Made by a program: the position numbers and the translations under genes. This document shows positions 25,440 to 39,674 of a stretch of 64,000 bases of DNA, piece by piece. The DNA lies in contig NC_068985.1 of assembly GCF_001194135.2 (NCBI RefSeq), positions 104,989,319 through 105,053,318 of the forward strand. Direction: 5' to 3'. This DNA comes from Octopus bimaculoides. Lineage: Eukaryota. Numbering within the stretch: position 1 is the first letter of the stretch; the number at the start of each line of letters is the position of its first letter. Below the pieces are notes generated by a model. That model saw only the letters and a program-made list of their open reading frames with translations, was not told the origin of the DNA and searched no databases.

Positions 25440-26130
25440 ACTAGATAGTCCCAAGGAGCAGGCGGACTAAGGGCCATAGACTGGAATGTTTGTGACTGAC
25501 TTCATGCCAGTCAGATGAGTGCTCTTTCATTGCATGCAATCTTGGATATTGATATGAATGGCAACAGCACCATTCTAGATAATGATAACAGTACTCTAAT
25601 GTGGGACTCATCTGAATGTTATTGCAAGTGAGCAGCTGTTGAGAGTTCAATTGGAAGGCCAGACAGTGAAATGTATGTAAACTTTGCTTTGGAGATGTGC
25701 GATCACCAAGAGAATTCTTCAGTGACAGTGAGGCCTAGTGTTTTAAGTGACTGAAGGTGCCGTTCAGGTTTAGTGGAGGAGTGTCAGGTTTCCTTGATAT
25801 GTGTAAGGTAGTCTTTGAGATGGAGATAAATTAGCATGATTCCACTGTAGGTGTTCAAGGTCTCTGTCAGGGAGTAAATGCAGATATAATGTGGTGTCTC
25901 AGTTGCATGTGGATAACGTGATACAAGCTAAAATGCAGTTTTAACGCTGGTCTTGCAATGCTTAGTATGAGCTGCCCAGTTTGAAGTGGCAATGATGATT
26001 TTCTCTGAAGGTTGTGATACAGCATTAACTACTGCAGTTCATTTATGAATGAATTGGGATGGGGGTAGGAGGAGATTTGTACATGAGCTTCGTAACAGAG
26101 TACTTTTAATAAGCTAGGCTGTCTGGTTGT
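25440..26130 (-). mobile_element. Degenerate CR1/L2-like non-LTR retrotransposon RT C-terminus
   Basis: Fragments LGLTVTEEFSW*SHIS and SPTLEYCYH resemble LGVTLDSKLSWxxHI and RPxLEYCS. Confidence 0.6.
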
Positions 26131-26387
26131 TTCTGATGGATGACTTTTTTTCTAGAGTTGTTTCTCAGAGAATTTTTATGACTAAACTTACTAAATTAAT
26201 TTACTGTAGTAAAGTCAAATGAATTATAAATGTACCATGTTATGAAGGGCATCCGACTATAGAAACCTTGTCAAAGCAGACACTAGAGACCAACATACGC
26301 CTCAGGATAGAAGCCGTTGAACCATCCAACCTATACCAACATGAACACAGACATTAAATGACAATAATGATGATAGTTAGTACTTAC

Positions 26388-26543
26388 ATCAGTAAATTTG
26401 TCAGCAACCATATAACGCACTCTCCATGATTTATCTTCAGCTGCTTGCCGTAGTGTTGGCATTACAAGGGTCTCAACATCTTCAGCATTAAGTAATGATG
26501 CAATAGCAACACAGGCTTCAACAGCCAGCAGACGTACTGAATC
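26388..26543 (-). CDS. PPP2R1A: PP2A-A exon 7 ([52 protein letters not shown])
   Basis: Long poly-T tract plus AAG acceptor, donor GTAAGT, 156 nt; KSWRVR (human S256/W257/R258) is intact. Confidence 0.98.
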
Positions 26544-27707
26544 CTTAAAAAAAAAAAAAAAAAAAAAAAACTTCCATGTATATAAAAGGAAAATGAAATA
26601 TATTTTATACTTAAACTTGCAAAGGCAAAGTCTATTCCTTTATATGAAAAAAAAAGTGATCAAATAATTGAGAATGTTAAGTGAAATTTCAAAAGATGCA
26701 ATATTGAGAGTAGAAGCTCATCTACCCAAAGAGGTCAAAAAAAAAAAAAAGAAAAAAAAAACATGATAAATATTAATTTAACTAAAAGAGAGGAAGGCCT
26801 AATTATGAGAAGTTAATATTGATGGAGTGGCTATATACTAGTCAAAAGAATCATTAACTACAGGTTTGCAATGGTCCAATCACTGGCAAAAGTGACAAGC
26901 CAATACTCCTGAAACTATAGCAGGACAAATACCAGAGCATTTTTTTTATTTTTAAAGCACTTGATACAAATAAAAGCCACACACACATCTTTGCATATAT
27001 AAAAAATTACTTTTCTTTTAAATGTCATGTTGATTTTTCCTATTTCTTTAAGGTTTGTTTGGAACAAAAGGAAAAAAAATTCCTAAGACCATTAAACGTC
27101 TCAAAAACTTCCCAATCTCAACTTCATAAAAACGTGGTGGTAGTGCTGCTACTTCAAAAACATGGAAATAATAGTACCACTACCATCACTTCATTCTGAA
27201 GATGAGACAAAGAACACTTCAACCAAATTCTGCTCACAAAGTACTGATCAACCTAAGACTATAGCAGAAGATATGCTATAGGTACCATGAACTGATGGCA
27301 AATAGGATTCAATCCAGAACCATGTGGCTGAAAGGTGAACCTAACCACACTGTAGCTAATGTTCCAGCAACAGCTGGGTAATTAAAACAAACTACAGAAC
27401 ACAACTATACCTGCAACTCATCATTTCCACTTTAAAAAGATTTGCTCAGTGCATATAAACATTAATTGAGGACAAATTCTTATTTTCATTATTTTGTAAT
27501 GAAAACTCAGCTCTAGTGATAATCTCAGCCAAAGGATTTGATAATGGAAAATTACAAAATGAGTATCAATGCAAGTCTGAAAAGTTCTCCACAAGCTAAT
27601 TGAAACAAAGTACCTTACTGTCACTGAACTAATAAAAATAGTTAAATTTCATAACAGTAAGATTTCAAATATTACAGTGAAATATAAATAAAGTGAAGTA
27701 GACCTAC

Positions 27708-27855
27708 CTGCTCATCTTGAGCAAGGCTATTAAACAATGAAATTAAATCAGATCTGAGGTATTCTGTATCTGCCACCTTTGCAAACTCTCCCAGCTTGCC
27801 AGCAGCTGCTCGACGTACCATTGGAGTATCATCTAAACATAAGGTTTTAAAACAC
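27708..27855 (-). CDS. PPP2R1A: PP2A-A exon 6 ([50 protein letters not shown])
   Basis: Acceptor TTTCAG, donor GTAGGT, 148 nt; the [10 protein letters not shown] motif (human P179/R182/R183) is intact. Confidence 0.98.
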
Positions 27856-28104
27856 CTGAAATAGAAAAAAAACAAAACAAAAAAACATTATCAAAACTCA
27901 ATTCTGTGTTAAACGACATGCCTAATACCACTTTTCAAGTTCCAGCTGCCACAATCACCTAAACCTAAGTCAGAAACTAAGTGGAAAAAGAAAAAGTTCT
28001 GCTGCCCATATTGTATCCCAGTTGGGTACAGCCATTCAGCAACACTAATGTTAAAATCATCTATATTACATCAAGGTCTCATGTCAATTACCTTTCATCA
28101 TCAT

Positions 28105-28720
28105 CATCCTTAATACCGATTCCCATATGCTGTTCATATCAGCACTTGGTCTGCTTAGGAGGTTGTTGTGTCCTAGCATATGTGCTGTTTCTTTTAGCTT
28201 TTGTATTTTCCAGTAGTGTTCTCAGTCTATTATTTTAACTTCATCCCACAGGGGGAGGTGGTCTCCATTTTTCCATACATGATTAGCTATACCCAATTTA
28301 TCAATATCGCCCTGTGTCACAGCTTTGCGATGTTTCTCTACTCTTATCTTGAGGGGCAGCATGTTTCGCCTTTGTATAACCTACCACAGCTGCATGGGAT
28401 GGAGTACATGCAGTTCTTAGTCATATTCTCTTCTATTGGTGGTTTTACTCGAAGGAGATATTTGCGAAGTGTTGTATCACTTTTGAATACTATCCTGATG
28501 TCATATGGGCCGCATATCTTTTGTATCTTTTCAGAGAGGCCTTTCACATAGGGCAGACAGACTGTGGACAGTTTATCGGTTTCATCCTCTCTTTTCTTCA
28601 TAATTGGAGTGGAGAGTATATCAGCCGAAACGTTGTGCTAACAACAAGATTAGGACAAATATCTGTCAATTGTAAATAATGTACATAATTCCTCATCTCT
28701 TAAATACAGAACTGTATAAT
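28105..28720 (-). mobile_element. Penelope-like element fragment (GIY-YIG endonuclease)
   Basis: ORF 28344-28601: VCLPYVKGLSEKIQKI...MYSIPCSCGRLYKGET matches Penelope LPYV and YxIPCxCGxxYIGET motifs. Confidence 0.85.
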
Positions 28721-29164
28721 TAAAACATGTATTAATTTTGTTACTTCTGCAATTGATATGAATTTCTGAAAATTCATAATATCTGTTAACAACTAAAACC
28801 TCATATATTTCATGCTTCATAATAGTTAAATACATTTCCCAACCTCATTTTGCAGTGAAGAAACCCCCCCCCCCACTAAATGTTAGAATTTTGAATTACT
28901 TTATTACTATCACTACCACAGTACATCATTTTAAACATAACTTGTATTCAAAGATCTAATAAAGTTCTGACTGGCAGACGCCAAGACAAAAGTGGAAGCT
29001 TCTAAAATTCTAAAAATGTAAAAGAGCACACCAAATTTTATCCAAGATAACATTTTAAAAACAGCAAAAAGTTATATATAATGCATACAGAAAACATTAA
29101 TGAAAGGTGGTTGTTACAATTACCATATGAACAGTGACAGGAAGAAAAAAGAAAAAATACTTAC

Positions 29165-29255
29165 AGATGCAGTTCCGCCTTTACACTTGAAGATACTCTG
29201 GGATAGCACACCGAGAAGAGACCACAGGCTGAGGTTCGAGATGTGAACCAGTCAC
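29165..29255 (-). CDS. PPP2R1A: PP2A-A exon 5 ([30 protein letters not shown])
   Basis: Acceptor TTTTTAG, donor GTAAGT, 91 nt. Confidence 0.97.
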
Positions 29256-29345
29256 CTAAAAATATTGACAAAAGCAAATTATGAGCACCACCACACTTTA
29301 AGACAACATAACACATTAAATGACTAATCTTATACCAATACATAC

Positions 29346-29487
29346 CAGTCGACAATCGTTTAACAAGGGGCACAAAGTGATTCTCCAAATCTGTTTGTGA
29401 ATGTTGAGCAGCAATTGCCCTCAGGGAATCAACAGCTTTATCTCTAACTACAGTTTCTTCAACAGTAGCCAAACTTTCAAGAGGTTT
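29346..29487 (-). CDS. PPP2R1A: PP2A-A exon 4 ([47 protein letters not shown])
   Basis: Acceptor TTTCAG, donor GTATGT, 142 nt; part of ORF-track ORF 29161-29472. Confidence 0.97.
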
Positions 29488-29618
29488 CTGAAATGAATTA
29501 GAAAAATATAAAAATGAGTCTTACTGTAAAATTATACTAACACAGTTACACCATCCACCTCGAGATAAAATTGCTGATTTTAATCAAAATTTTTCCCTGA
29601 CATTCTCCAACCATTTGA

Positions 29619-29621
<3 letters not shown>

Positions 29622-29659
<38 letters not shown>

Positions 29660-29690
29660 GGAGAGAGAGAGAGAGGGAGAGAGAGATAGT
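29622..29690. repeat. (GA)n microsatellite
   Basis: Seen directly. Other simple repeats: (TA)n 24240-24275, (TG)n(TA)n 31630-31675, (TA/CA)n 45550-45625, (TTA)n 62638-62670. Confidence 0.97.
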
Positions 29691-30266
29691 GACAGAGAAC
29701 AAGCATTGTAGAGAAAGAAGCCCAAATGTGTGCAACAGTATATTTAATGTTGCCCTCTTTAAAAAGAAAAAAAAAATTGGAATTTCAATTTTTTTTTTTT
29801 TAAATTTACAACCTTTTGCCATAAGAAATCTAAAACAATTTCATTTCAGAATTAAATATCCTGATAACCTTATAATTTAATACTTTTAAGCTAGACATTC
29901 AGCCAAATGTCAACTTATCTGAAATCACATCATGAAAGAATATTTTCTGCAATATAAATAGGTCAAGTTTCACATAGAACATTAGGTTATGTCTGATTAT
30001 TTTATCAAAATTAGTTTATCATGAGAACTGTCTCCACATATACACCCATTAAGCAAGTAATTAATGTCTTATATCCAAATTTTTTTAATATCAACAAAGT
30101 TCAATAAAATGAACTCTACAGTATTTCTAGAGAAAGGCAAAAAAAAAAGTGTGTGTGTGTGTGTTTGTTTAAGCTTTAGAAAAAAAGCAACTGAAATAAA
30201 AATGATCACACTCAGGAACTGAAACCACATAGCTGTGAAAATAACAATACTTGATCTCTCACTCAC

Positions 30267-30367
30267 CAATAAACAGTAAACATATTCAGAGCCACCAACT
30301 AGAGGAGTGAAGATTCCAAGTTGTTCTGCAAGGGCCAGCAACACCTCATCTTCATCATATATGGTAT
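30267..30367 (-). CDS. PPP2R1A: PP2A-A exon 3 ([34 protein letters not shown])
   Basis: Acceptor TTCAG, donor GTGAGT, 101 nt; phase continues from exon 2. Confidence 0.98.
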
Positions 30368-31631
30368 CTGAAAAGTTATATTAAAAAAAAAAAAAATCCA
30401 CTTTAATGTGAATAACAATATGCATATAATATTATATCTGGAACATGAACCTACAAGAAATATTTAGAAACCATTTATTAAAATGCTTAGTTGTTTAACA
30501 AACAAAAAACAATTATATTGTTCCAAAATGCAGCACTTTCTCACTCCAAAGTAAATGGATATTAATATCAAGGTTAATTTTAAAAGACCAAGATAATTAC
30601 CAAATGGAAAAACAATGCACAAAACAAGAACTGATGATGAAATTGATAAATTTTTCATGAAACAGGAATAATCAGTTGCAAGAAATAAAGTGTAATTAAT
30701 AATATACTAGAAGATAACTTTATCAATGTTCAACTGAAGTTTCATTACAAACCAGAAAAACATGTTTTACTACAAGACTAAAAAGACCCATACCACTATC
30801 ATCAGAGAGATGTTTGATGGTCATTCCAACCATTTTATTTTCAAGTCTCAGTTAACACCCTGAGCATTGGTTCTGTAGCTGTCCTCCCATTCTAGAATGA
30901 ATCAAATAAGTTTCCAAAACAGCCTTCCATACAAATTGACCTTCAACCTTCACGGCACTAAGTTGGCTCATCCAACACATATTGCCAGCAGCTTGCACAA
31001 CCAAATATCCTTAACTGCAGTGGAGGTAGTGCTAGTATACTGATGATACCAACCCAAGGATGCTTTTTGTATGCCAGTTTGAACTTTTGAAAGTAAAGCA
31101 AAATGTGTTAAACACACACAAATTCAATTAAGACACTAGACAGCAGTTTGTTTACAGAAAATGGATTCCTCTACATCAGCTACAACATATATTGTATCAA
31201 GCCAGACAGAACTAATTTGAATACTACACTTGGTACGCTTCTTGCTTTAAAAAGTCACCTTTAAAATTTTAAATATATTATGAACTCTTAATTGAAAATC
31301 AAAAACTGCAGAAAAATTGCCATCCAAAGGTGAATAGAAAACTATAAAATATTTTTTTCAATTCCAAGACACCCTATAATCTATTAATTCTGCAAGAAAT
31401 AATTCTGTGTTTAGATATATTTCATCATTAATTTTTAGTCATATAAGTGGTGCCAAATTTTCAAAATCTTCATATGAATTACTTGTACATTACGTTATGA
31501 CATTGTGCTTTTAATAATTCATTAAATAATTCTGAAGCATTCACTTCTGATAAACATTCTAAATAAAAGTAACCTAAATAGCTATTCTGTTTTGCTTAGA
31601 TCCTTATAATACTGGAGGAAAAAAAGTGCAC

Positions 31632-31679
<48 letters not shown>

Positions 31680-34574
31680 CACAAAACTAGCTTTGCTGCT
31701 ATAATCTTTCAAAAAAATTCTACAGGAAATTTATGGAACAGATATTTCTCTACCACTGAACAAACAAAAGCATTCTGGGAATCAGCCAAGATCTCAGTAA
31801 TATGATAAAAGAATTAAAAAGAAAAAATTATCTGTACATTAACCTTATAGGGAATTTTGCCCAACAGAGTTCACCATTTAAAAATATGAAATTGTCAACA
31901 TAAAAGATATTTTACACCAGAATAATTAAAGCATTTAATTCATGGCCAACATCACATATAACACATAGTCTTTAATTTAATATTAGCTTGTTAATGTTTC
32001 TAAGCAGTTAAAAGCAAATAGTATTTATGTCATTTATAAGACGTGACAAAAACTTTGTTATGGTCCTGCTTTAGAAGGAACAAAATATGTCCCTAGCTAA
32101 CTTTTTATAGCATGCAATAAACAATGTTGCTTTACAATGTCAATAGACAGTCACAGAGATTAGCATTTACTTATTAGGCAATAACACTATCAACTTTTAG
32201 GCTAATTTTTAAACCATTTTCATTGATTCTGGACATGCGCTGAACTCTTGCATGCAAACTTGGTGTCAATATAAGTCTATTGGAAATAGGTGCTGTGTTA
32301 CTCAGTAATGGGTTTTGAAATTGGATGAATTCAATACCAATATTTCTTACCCAGCTATAATAGCTAAACCAGTGATTTTGGGACAGTACAATCAAATTCA
32401 ATATATCTTTTAGAACTCAAGAAATATCTTTCAGGTCAAAGCAGCATAACAGCAATGATCCAGAAATTAAATTGGCTTTCATGTTCAACCTTTGTGAACA
32501 TTTCAAAGCAGTATACTAAATAATAGTTAGTGTTTGAGAGATGAAAGTTACAAAACAATGTGGCTATTGACTACACATACATGTGATTCACACAATTTTG
32601 CTAGAACAAGTGAATGGGAAAATATTTGAAAATTCAGACAGAAATTTAATAGTGTTTAGCATAAAATATAAAACCTTTTTGTAAACATGCGGACTAACAA
32701 TGCCATAAACATAAATATTGGAACTGATGTCTAAAAAATTTGAGTAGATTATTATTTCTGAGCCCACTAATTTTTTTTTTTTGTTAAAGGTAATATAAGG
32801 TCAATACAGACTTGTGTTATTGACTACATAATAATGAAATATAATTTAAAGACATGCTTTTATCTTATGTTTATAGAATTCACCAATACAACCCAAAAGT
32901 GTAGCTATGTTTATATTTTAATGGCAACAAGATAAACTCCTCTAAAAATTATAAATTTCCTGAATGAGCTTTAAAAAAATAAGTAATTTAGAAGTATATA
33001 AAGATGCCAAAATGCTCTGAAGAAGTGAGGTTGTGAAGAGGAAAAGACACATGATACGAACAAACATAACAACACTGTTTATCAAGGCACAGTTATAGTT
33101 GGTTGTGGATTAAAAAACTTTCCTACCTGCGAGAAAATTTTTCTCTGATGCCAGTGCAGCATGAAAAAAAGGTACATGGTAATTGTATGAAGAGGATTTA
33201 ATACCATATATGACGATAGCTACCACAGTAATCACTAGTGAAAGTAGCCAATGTAATAAGAGAAGAATAAATAATGTCCATAATACTTAACACTACAAAG
33301 AGATCAAATGAGAAGAAATATTCCTCAATGTCGAGTCATTTAGGCTAGAAAGCAACATAAGTTTAGCACTTCTTTACCCAACATCAACCAGTGATTTATT
33401 AGTATTATTACAGCCTAAATAAATACCAAACCTTGCTAAATTATAGGATTAAATTGTGGCTCCCAAATGTGAAATAGGAAAACAATATGCCAAGATTTAG
33501 AGTACATAATACTGAAGGAATTATCCTTTCTGGATTATTTAGCTGTTTGCAGTCCACCCTAAAAGCATATTCATACTTCTTGATCAAGTTGCATGCTGAT
33601 TGCAAACAAAAACCTCAATGTTCATACAAGAGTGTTATTTGTTTGCAGTCTTTTTACAAAAGTATGTCCAGGCTGTTTGTTGTTCTATGGACTAGGAGAT
33701 TATCATCTTGCTGGCATCAGGAAGGGTATCAGCCAAAGAAAACTACCTCAATGGAAAAAAAAAAAAAAAAAAAAAAAAAAAAGGACTAACTAGTTTATCA
33801 TCATCAGCCTTAACTAATTAGGTTATCCTTGTTTTAAAAGACAAGAGTCAGGCAAATCTAACATCACGTAATCTCTGTGTGTGTCCTTGAGATATGTTGG
33901 GATCTCACATAACAAAAGTTTACATCTACAAGAGGCACTTCCACAGCAGATGTTTCTTCTGCATACATCAATATGTTGACAAATATCTAGCTGGTTTTTC
34001 AATTCAGTTCTGTTCTAATAGAGTTGCTTAGGTGATGATATACATGATCTTATTTTCCATTGGCTCTTTGCAAATGAAACCTATTAATGGCTTATGGAAA
34101 CCCTCCCTAGTTTAAATATAGCTTAAATCTACTGGACCTAGTAGAGTAATGATGGAATACCTGTGACAGCAGTGACATGCTATTAGTTTTTAGGTGACAT
34201 GCAATGGACTTTGAAAACACAATTTCTCAGCAGCATCATAGAGTAAGCTTGCAAAATTTAACAAAGAAGTTTAAAAGATAAACAATCCCAAACAGTGTTT
34301 TTCAAGAATATCCGATACAGCACTTTATATCACATAAACTAAATGAATTAGTAACTCATTAAGCTAAAAAAGAAAAGCACATGGTTTTAGCTTTGGTGGG
34401 AGAAGCCTCCAAGTCATTCTTATCTTCTCAAATCAATGGCATTAAAGTGATAATAATAATAATAATAATAATTATAAAATAAAAATTGCAAAAATAAAGT
34501 GGAAGAAATTTTCAAAATTTGGGGAGTAAGCAATATGTCATTACTGATAAGGATGATAAATTCCTTTTTATATT

Positions 34575-35590
34575 ATATTTGTCAAGAGACAGTTGTGAAA
34601 AGAACTTAAGACTAAACAGCTAAAGTGGAATTGCTCCTCATCAGAAGAGTTCAATTCTTAGGACGTTCCTATTTAGTAACTGCAAGCTTTAGTATTTCAA
34701 ATATTATCTTTGATTACAAAAAAAAAAAAAAACACAAAATTGATGGAGAGTATTATGTTAGGTGATGCTTTTATTATATGTACAGCATTATTTGATAGCT
34801 TAAGTTAAAAGAGAATGATGAAAAGGAGAGCTAACATAGAAAATCAAATTCAAGAATGCTTGACTATTTGTTCACGAAATCAAATATTCTGATATTTTCA
34901 GACATTCTATTCAGAAGTTTGTGAATTTGCCTCAAAATACACAAGGTGAAGATAAGTGAAAAAATAGATTATGCTAGGACTGCTGGTGCCCCTAATATAA
35001 TAGGTTGAAATGTTGATTTTGTAAAACAATTTACATAAGCTGCTGGTCATATCAAAGTTTCTATTGTATACATATCAGTAAGTTGTCTGCATAAAAATAA
35101 TCTTTAAAGATTTTGATGAGAAGAGAGTTGTGACAGTCAATTTGATGGCTACTAGGGACAAGACTTTCATTTGATTTTAAATGAAAGTGAACCAGTTTAC
35201 AATGGTTTACTAATGTACAATAATGTTAAGATGGTTGGGATTTGATCAAATATTTGAATGGTTTGGTGAAAGTTTAAGTGAAATCAGGCATTTAGATGTG
35301 AAAAGTATGGAACATGATTTACTGCAGCTAAATGTCTTTATAAGCTCAATAAACTTGTTTTACACAGATCAATGAACAGTATGATTTTGGGAAATCTATT
35401 GGCATGTGTGGATTGATCAAAGGTTTTGAGAGTAAACTTGGTACATTTCAACTGCTGGAAGCAGATTTAATGGATTTGAAATAACAACCAGGTAACTCCA
35501 GTCCAATTCTATTTGGATAGAAACATTATTGCACTTCGAACTAATTTAGAAGAAATTGAACATAAGCAATTGTGAAAAAGTATTCAGAGT
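34575..35590 (+). mobile_element. hAT (Charlie/Buster, GTF2IRD2/ZBED5-like) transposase relic
   Basis: Frame fragments LSRETVV, TAGAPNIIG (TDGAPSMxG-like) and GLLMYNNV.RWL. Confidence 0.65.
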
Positions 35591-35609
35591 GTACTTCTAA
35601 ATCTAAAAC

Positions 35610-35765
35610 TACATCATCATCGTTTAACGTCCGCTTTCCATGCTAGCATGGGTTGGACGATTTGACTGAGGACTGGTGAAACTGGATGGCAACACCAGGC
35701 TCCAATCTAATTTGGCAGAGTTTCTACAGCTGGATGCCCTTCCTAACGCCAACCACTCAGAAAAA
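35610..35765 (-). mobile_element. Family C retroposon copy
   Basis: Near-identical to 63772-63940. Confidence 0.8.
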
Positions 35766-36639
35766 TTTCTAAAATTTTTTTGTAAAAGTATTAAGAATTT
35801 AATCAATATTTTCAAGACAATGTTTTAGCATCAAATATAAAAATGAACAAGACAAACAGAATAAGTGATAACTTGAAAGCTGCCTGCATAGTATTAAAAT
35901 ATATACACTACATCACTTCCATAAAAGATTTAGCTATAAGCATTTCCCTATAACTAAAATGCATGAAAATGACACTCCAATAATAGGAATAATAAAATTT
36001 CAACATGGTGAGTTAAAAAGATTGACCATCATAGACCTAGAGCATGAGAGAAGAAAGCTACCTGACAACTGAGTGAAAATCATTCAAAGCTTTAGTGTGG
36101 GGAGAAAGTTTAAGATTTTGAAAATTTATTCCAGAGGTAAAAACCAACTGATATACAAATATTTCTGATTAGATCACTAATAAACTTCTTAAGACCACAA
36201 TACCATCAAAGATCGAAATGATAAAGTGCTATATTACTTCCAGCTGAGAAAATGAAATACAAGCATTGTTATAGACAAGGAAGAATGCTATCTACCTTGG
36301 TAAGAGGCTTAAGATTAACCTTTTCACGACTAATCTGAGACTTATGGTCATAGATCACAAATCTGCACCATGCTACTCATAGTTATGCTTTCACATTTAT
36401 ATCAGAATATCAATGCAAGTCTTGTGCCTGAATTTTAGGGGACATTTTTTGTCTGCACTGTTACATTTTCTTAATTTTTTTGCACTTGAAACAATATTAA
36501 CTTCATGTTCAGTGTAAGCAACTCCTCCAATTTTAAAAAAATTTTCTCAAGAAACAATAGTAACAAATGGAAGCTACAACAAGCATGGTAGCTGTAGAGC
36601 CAGAAACTTGAATTTCTGATAGAGTGAGCAACCTCAATG

Positions 36640-37231
36640 GCAATATTAAAAGCTAGAACAAAATTTTTCCCAAAAACATCAGATAGTGAAGGAGTTTTGT
36701 TGGTAGCCCACATAACAATCAAGGGGGTTGCAGAAATTGTCTGACAGCCATGACTGGGTTCTCCTGCTTGTGGCATGATGCAAAGTCCTGTTGCCAGACA
36801 TAGGGTCTTCCAGCAGCCACCCTCTTGACACAGGGCAACACCTCTTCCAGGCACCTGATGTAGGCCTCCATGATGAATCTAAGGCTGTGTGGGAAGATTG
36901 GGAAGATGGAGGCATAACGTTGCCATCACTAGTAATCACTCCAAATACCATGATGCTGACTGGATGTTTGATTTTTATCACCCTTGGTACATGTCCTTAG
37001 ACTGACACCCAAATAGTCTGAAATGTTCATATTGGAGCTTCTGACATGAATGCCAAGCAGTACAACATGCTTCCAAATTTCTAGCAGAGTGAATTGTGTC
37101 ATGGTGCCATTTTTCTCAGACGGTGCCCAACTGACCCTACTATACTGTGTAGCCAACAAAATCAAAAATAAACGATGTGCATGAAAATAAAAAAATGTAA
37201 AATGGTGACAATTTACCCATCGCACCCTGTA
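36640..37231 (-). mobile_element. Tc1-mariner (maT/DD37D-like) transposase relic with one terminus
   Basis: KIKHPVSIMVFGVITSDGNVMPP...SRRTQSWLSDNF.NPLDCYV; terminus TA-CAGGGTG at 37231-37223. Confidence 0.8.
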
Positions 37232-39674
37232 TGTGTGTGTGTGTATATAAAATCACCCTACAGTTATATTTTCAAATGTTACTATTATGCTGCTTTTAAC
37301 CATCTTGATGGATGGCATGATCAAATTGGGTAAATCCAAACAAGCTCAACCAGGTAAATACTGTACAAGATGCATCAAATATTGAAACTGTAGCAGACAT
37401 TTATCAATATTGCTTGAATATGCTACCATATTCACAATTACCAATTTCTAGTTTGTTGCACTCTTCCTATGAGGGACTTCAACCCTACACCTTTTTCCTG
37501 TACACTGCAATAGCCTCTATACCCTCCTTCAAATTCATGTAAATCAAGTGACAACTGATAAAAATATTTTTATGACTTTGTAAAGAAGTGGCACTTGTTT
37601 AATAATTATAACCTGAACATTGAGGAACTATATTATCATCAAGTAGTCAAATTACAAGAAACTTGTCGAATCACAATAGAGAGAGAGAGAAACAGAGAAG
37701 TTGTTTAAATTGGTCGGTTTAATTTAAAGAAAGTTCAATATACAGAAAATGCATTGGAAGAAATTTCATACAAAGTGTCCTGTGTAAAGTAAGAAAACAT
37801 GTGAGATTTAATGGAATCACAGACAAATTGACAGAAAGTAGACTTTGTATACAACAGATGTACAGGAGCAGCAGTCAGCACATGTGAAACATTAGTGCAA
37901 GAGAAAAGACTACAATGATATAACATTATACATGAAAGATTGTAATATAAAGTATTGAAATCTGGATGAAATCTGTGGAAGAGAGAGAGAGAATCATAAA
38001 AAAAAAAGACAAAGGGCAAATAGCAATCTGTGGTGATGAAGACTCCCACTCATTCAAGTATAGCAAAACTTATGTAAAAGTGGTGGTGATGGAGGTTGGG
38101 AATGGTCTTGCATGACTATTCCCATCACTCATTGCTGATGTCTATCACTTTCTCACTTTCAGTCTATCCCATCATACCACACATGCTGCTTTCTATTCCA
38201 TCTCCTTACTAATAACCAACATATCACTATCCCTTCCATTTTACTGCCTCTATTGCCTTCTTACTTGTTTATCTCTCCTTCCCTATGTCATTCACACTGC
38301 CAACATAGAGAAAAAGAGAACTCGATCTTGCTAAGGGCAAGATAACCTGTTATGTTGGTGCCAGAATGAAAAGCACACTGAAAAGCAATTGGTACTTGGC
38401 AAGGTATCTCACTATAGAAACTGTCAACAATGGAATGTACAAGCAAAATGTGATTCTTCATTTGTCCAGAATGACAGTGACTAAACAAATGTCTGGGATG
38501 GTGAGAACACATCCAACACAAGCCAGCATAGAAAGCAGACATAGAATGACAAAATCTGATCAATCAAATCTAAATTTAAGTTAAATACATTGAAGCATAT
38601 TAAAAGTATGTACTTAGCATTCTAGTTCTATTAATATTTCCTTCATATTCAATAAGAGATAAACCTATATAAAATGACTAGAACATTGTAATCTGAAACA
38701 AATGAACCTAAGGCCTTATAATGCAATTCCCTTTGGTGCATTTTCAATACACTGTTCTAAATTTGGTCCAATTTATCCAGTCTTAACATAAGTTTGAACA
38801 CTTACATCTTTCACTACATGTTACCCATATAATCTTGTGAAACTTATTTTAAAATAAAAACCCAACCAAATGAAAGTATGTTGCAAGAAATAGGTTGAAG
38901 CAATTTTAAGTCTACTCATTCTAGCCCAAGAATTCCTGACGTGCTCTTAAAAGAGTTTGTTCAACCAGGATCAGGTTTTAAATGCAACTAAACCGGAGAG
39001 GCTCAAAACTACAATAATCTAGTTCCTGATTAAATACCCTTATTAAATGGGGTATCTTGAGCAATTTTCACAACATAACTAAGCATCTTTACACACTAAC
39101 AGAACCAAGAAACATTACAAAATATCTTTACTTTTGAAAATATTACAATGGACTGTTAGCTAAATAATATTTTGAATAGAGAGAAGAAAAAAAAAATCTA
39201 AAATTGCCCAAAGAAACATGCATGCAGAAAATTTACTTCTCAATGCAGGGTAAGTATTCGATAAGTCTGGAATTTGAGAATCAATATGTAAGGAAAAAAA
39301 GTGAACAAAAACAATGACTATTGAATGCAAAATGAATACAAACAAAAAATGTGAAGGGATTTCTGGTAAACAGAAGTAGAGCTTTGAATCTAATTACATT
39401 TGACAATTTGACATGGAGTAAAAAGAAGGATGAAACTCATAGTTTTTCATTAAAATTTCTAGTGATAATATATCAAAAGGGAGTAAAGACTAACTGGAAA
39501 ATGTGTGTTTAGTCTATTGTGGAAACAAAAATTGGCCAATTATACTGTGAAGCGAAGTCCTGAACATGAAATTTGAATAAGAAATGTTAATCTTCAGTCA
39601 GCATACATGCGAAAAAATATATATGCTTCAAGAAATAGATGGATCAAGCTAAGGAGAGAGAGAAAAAAACTCAC

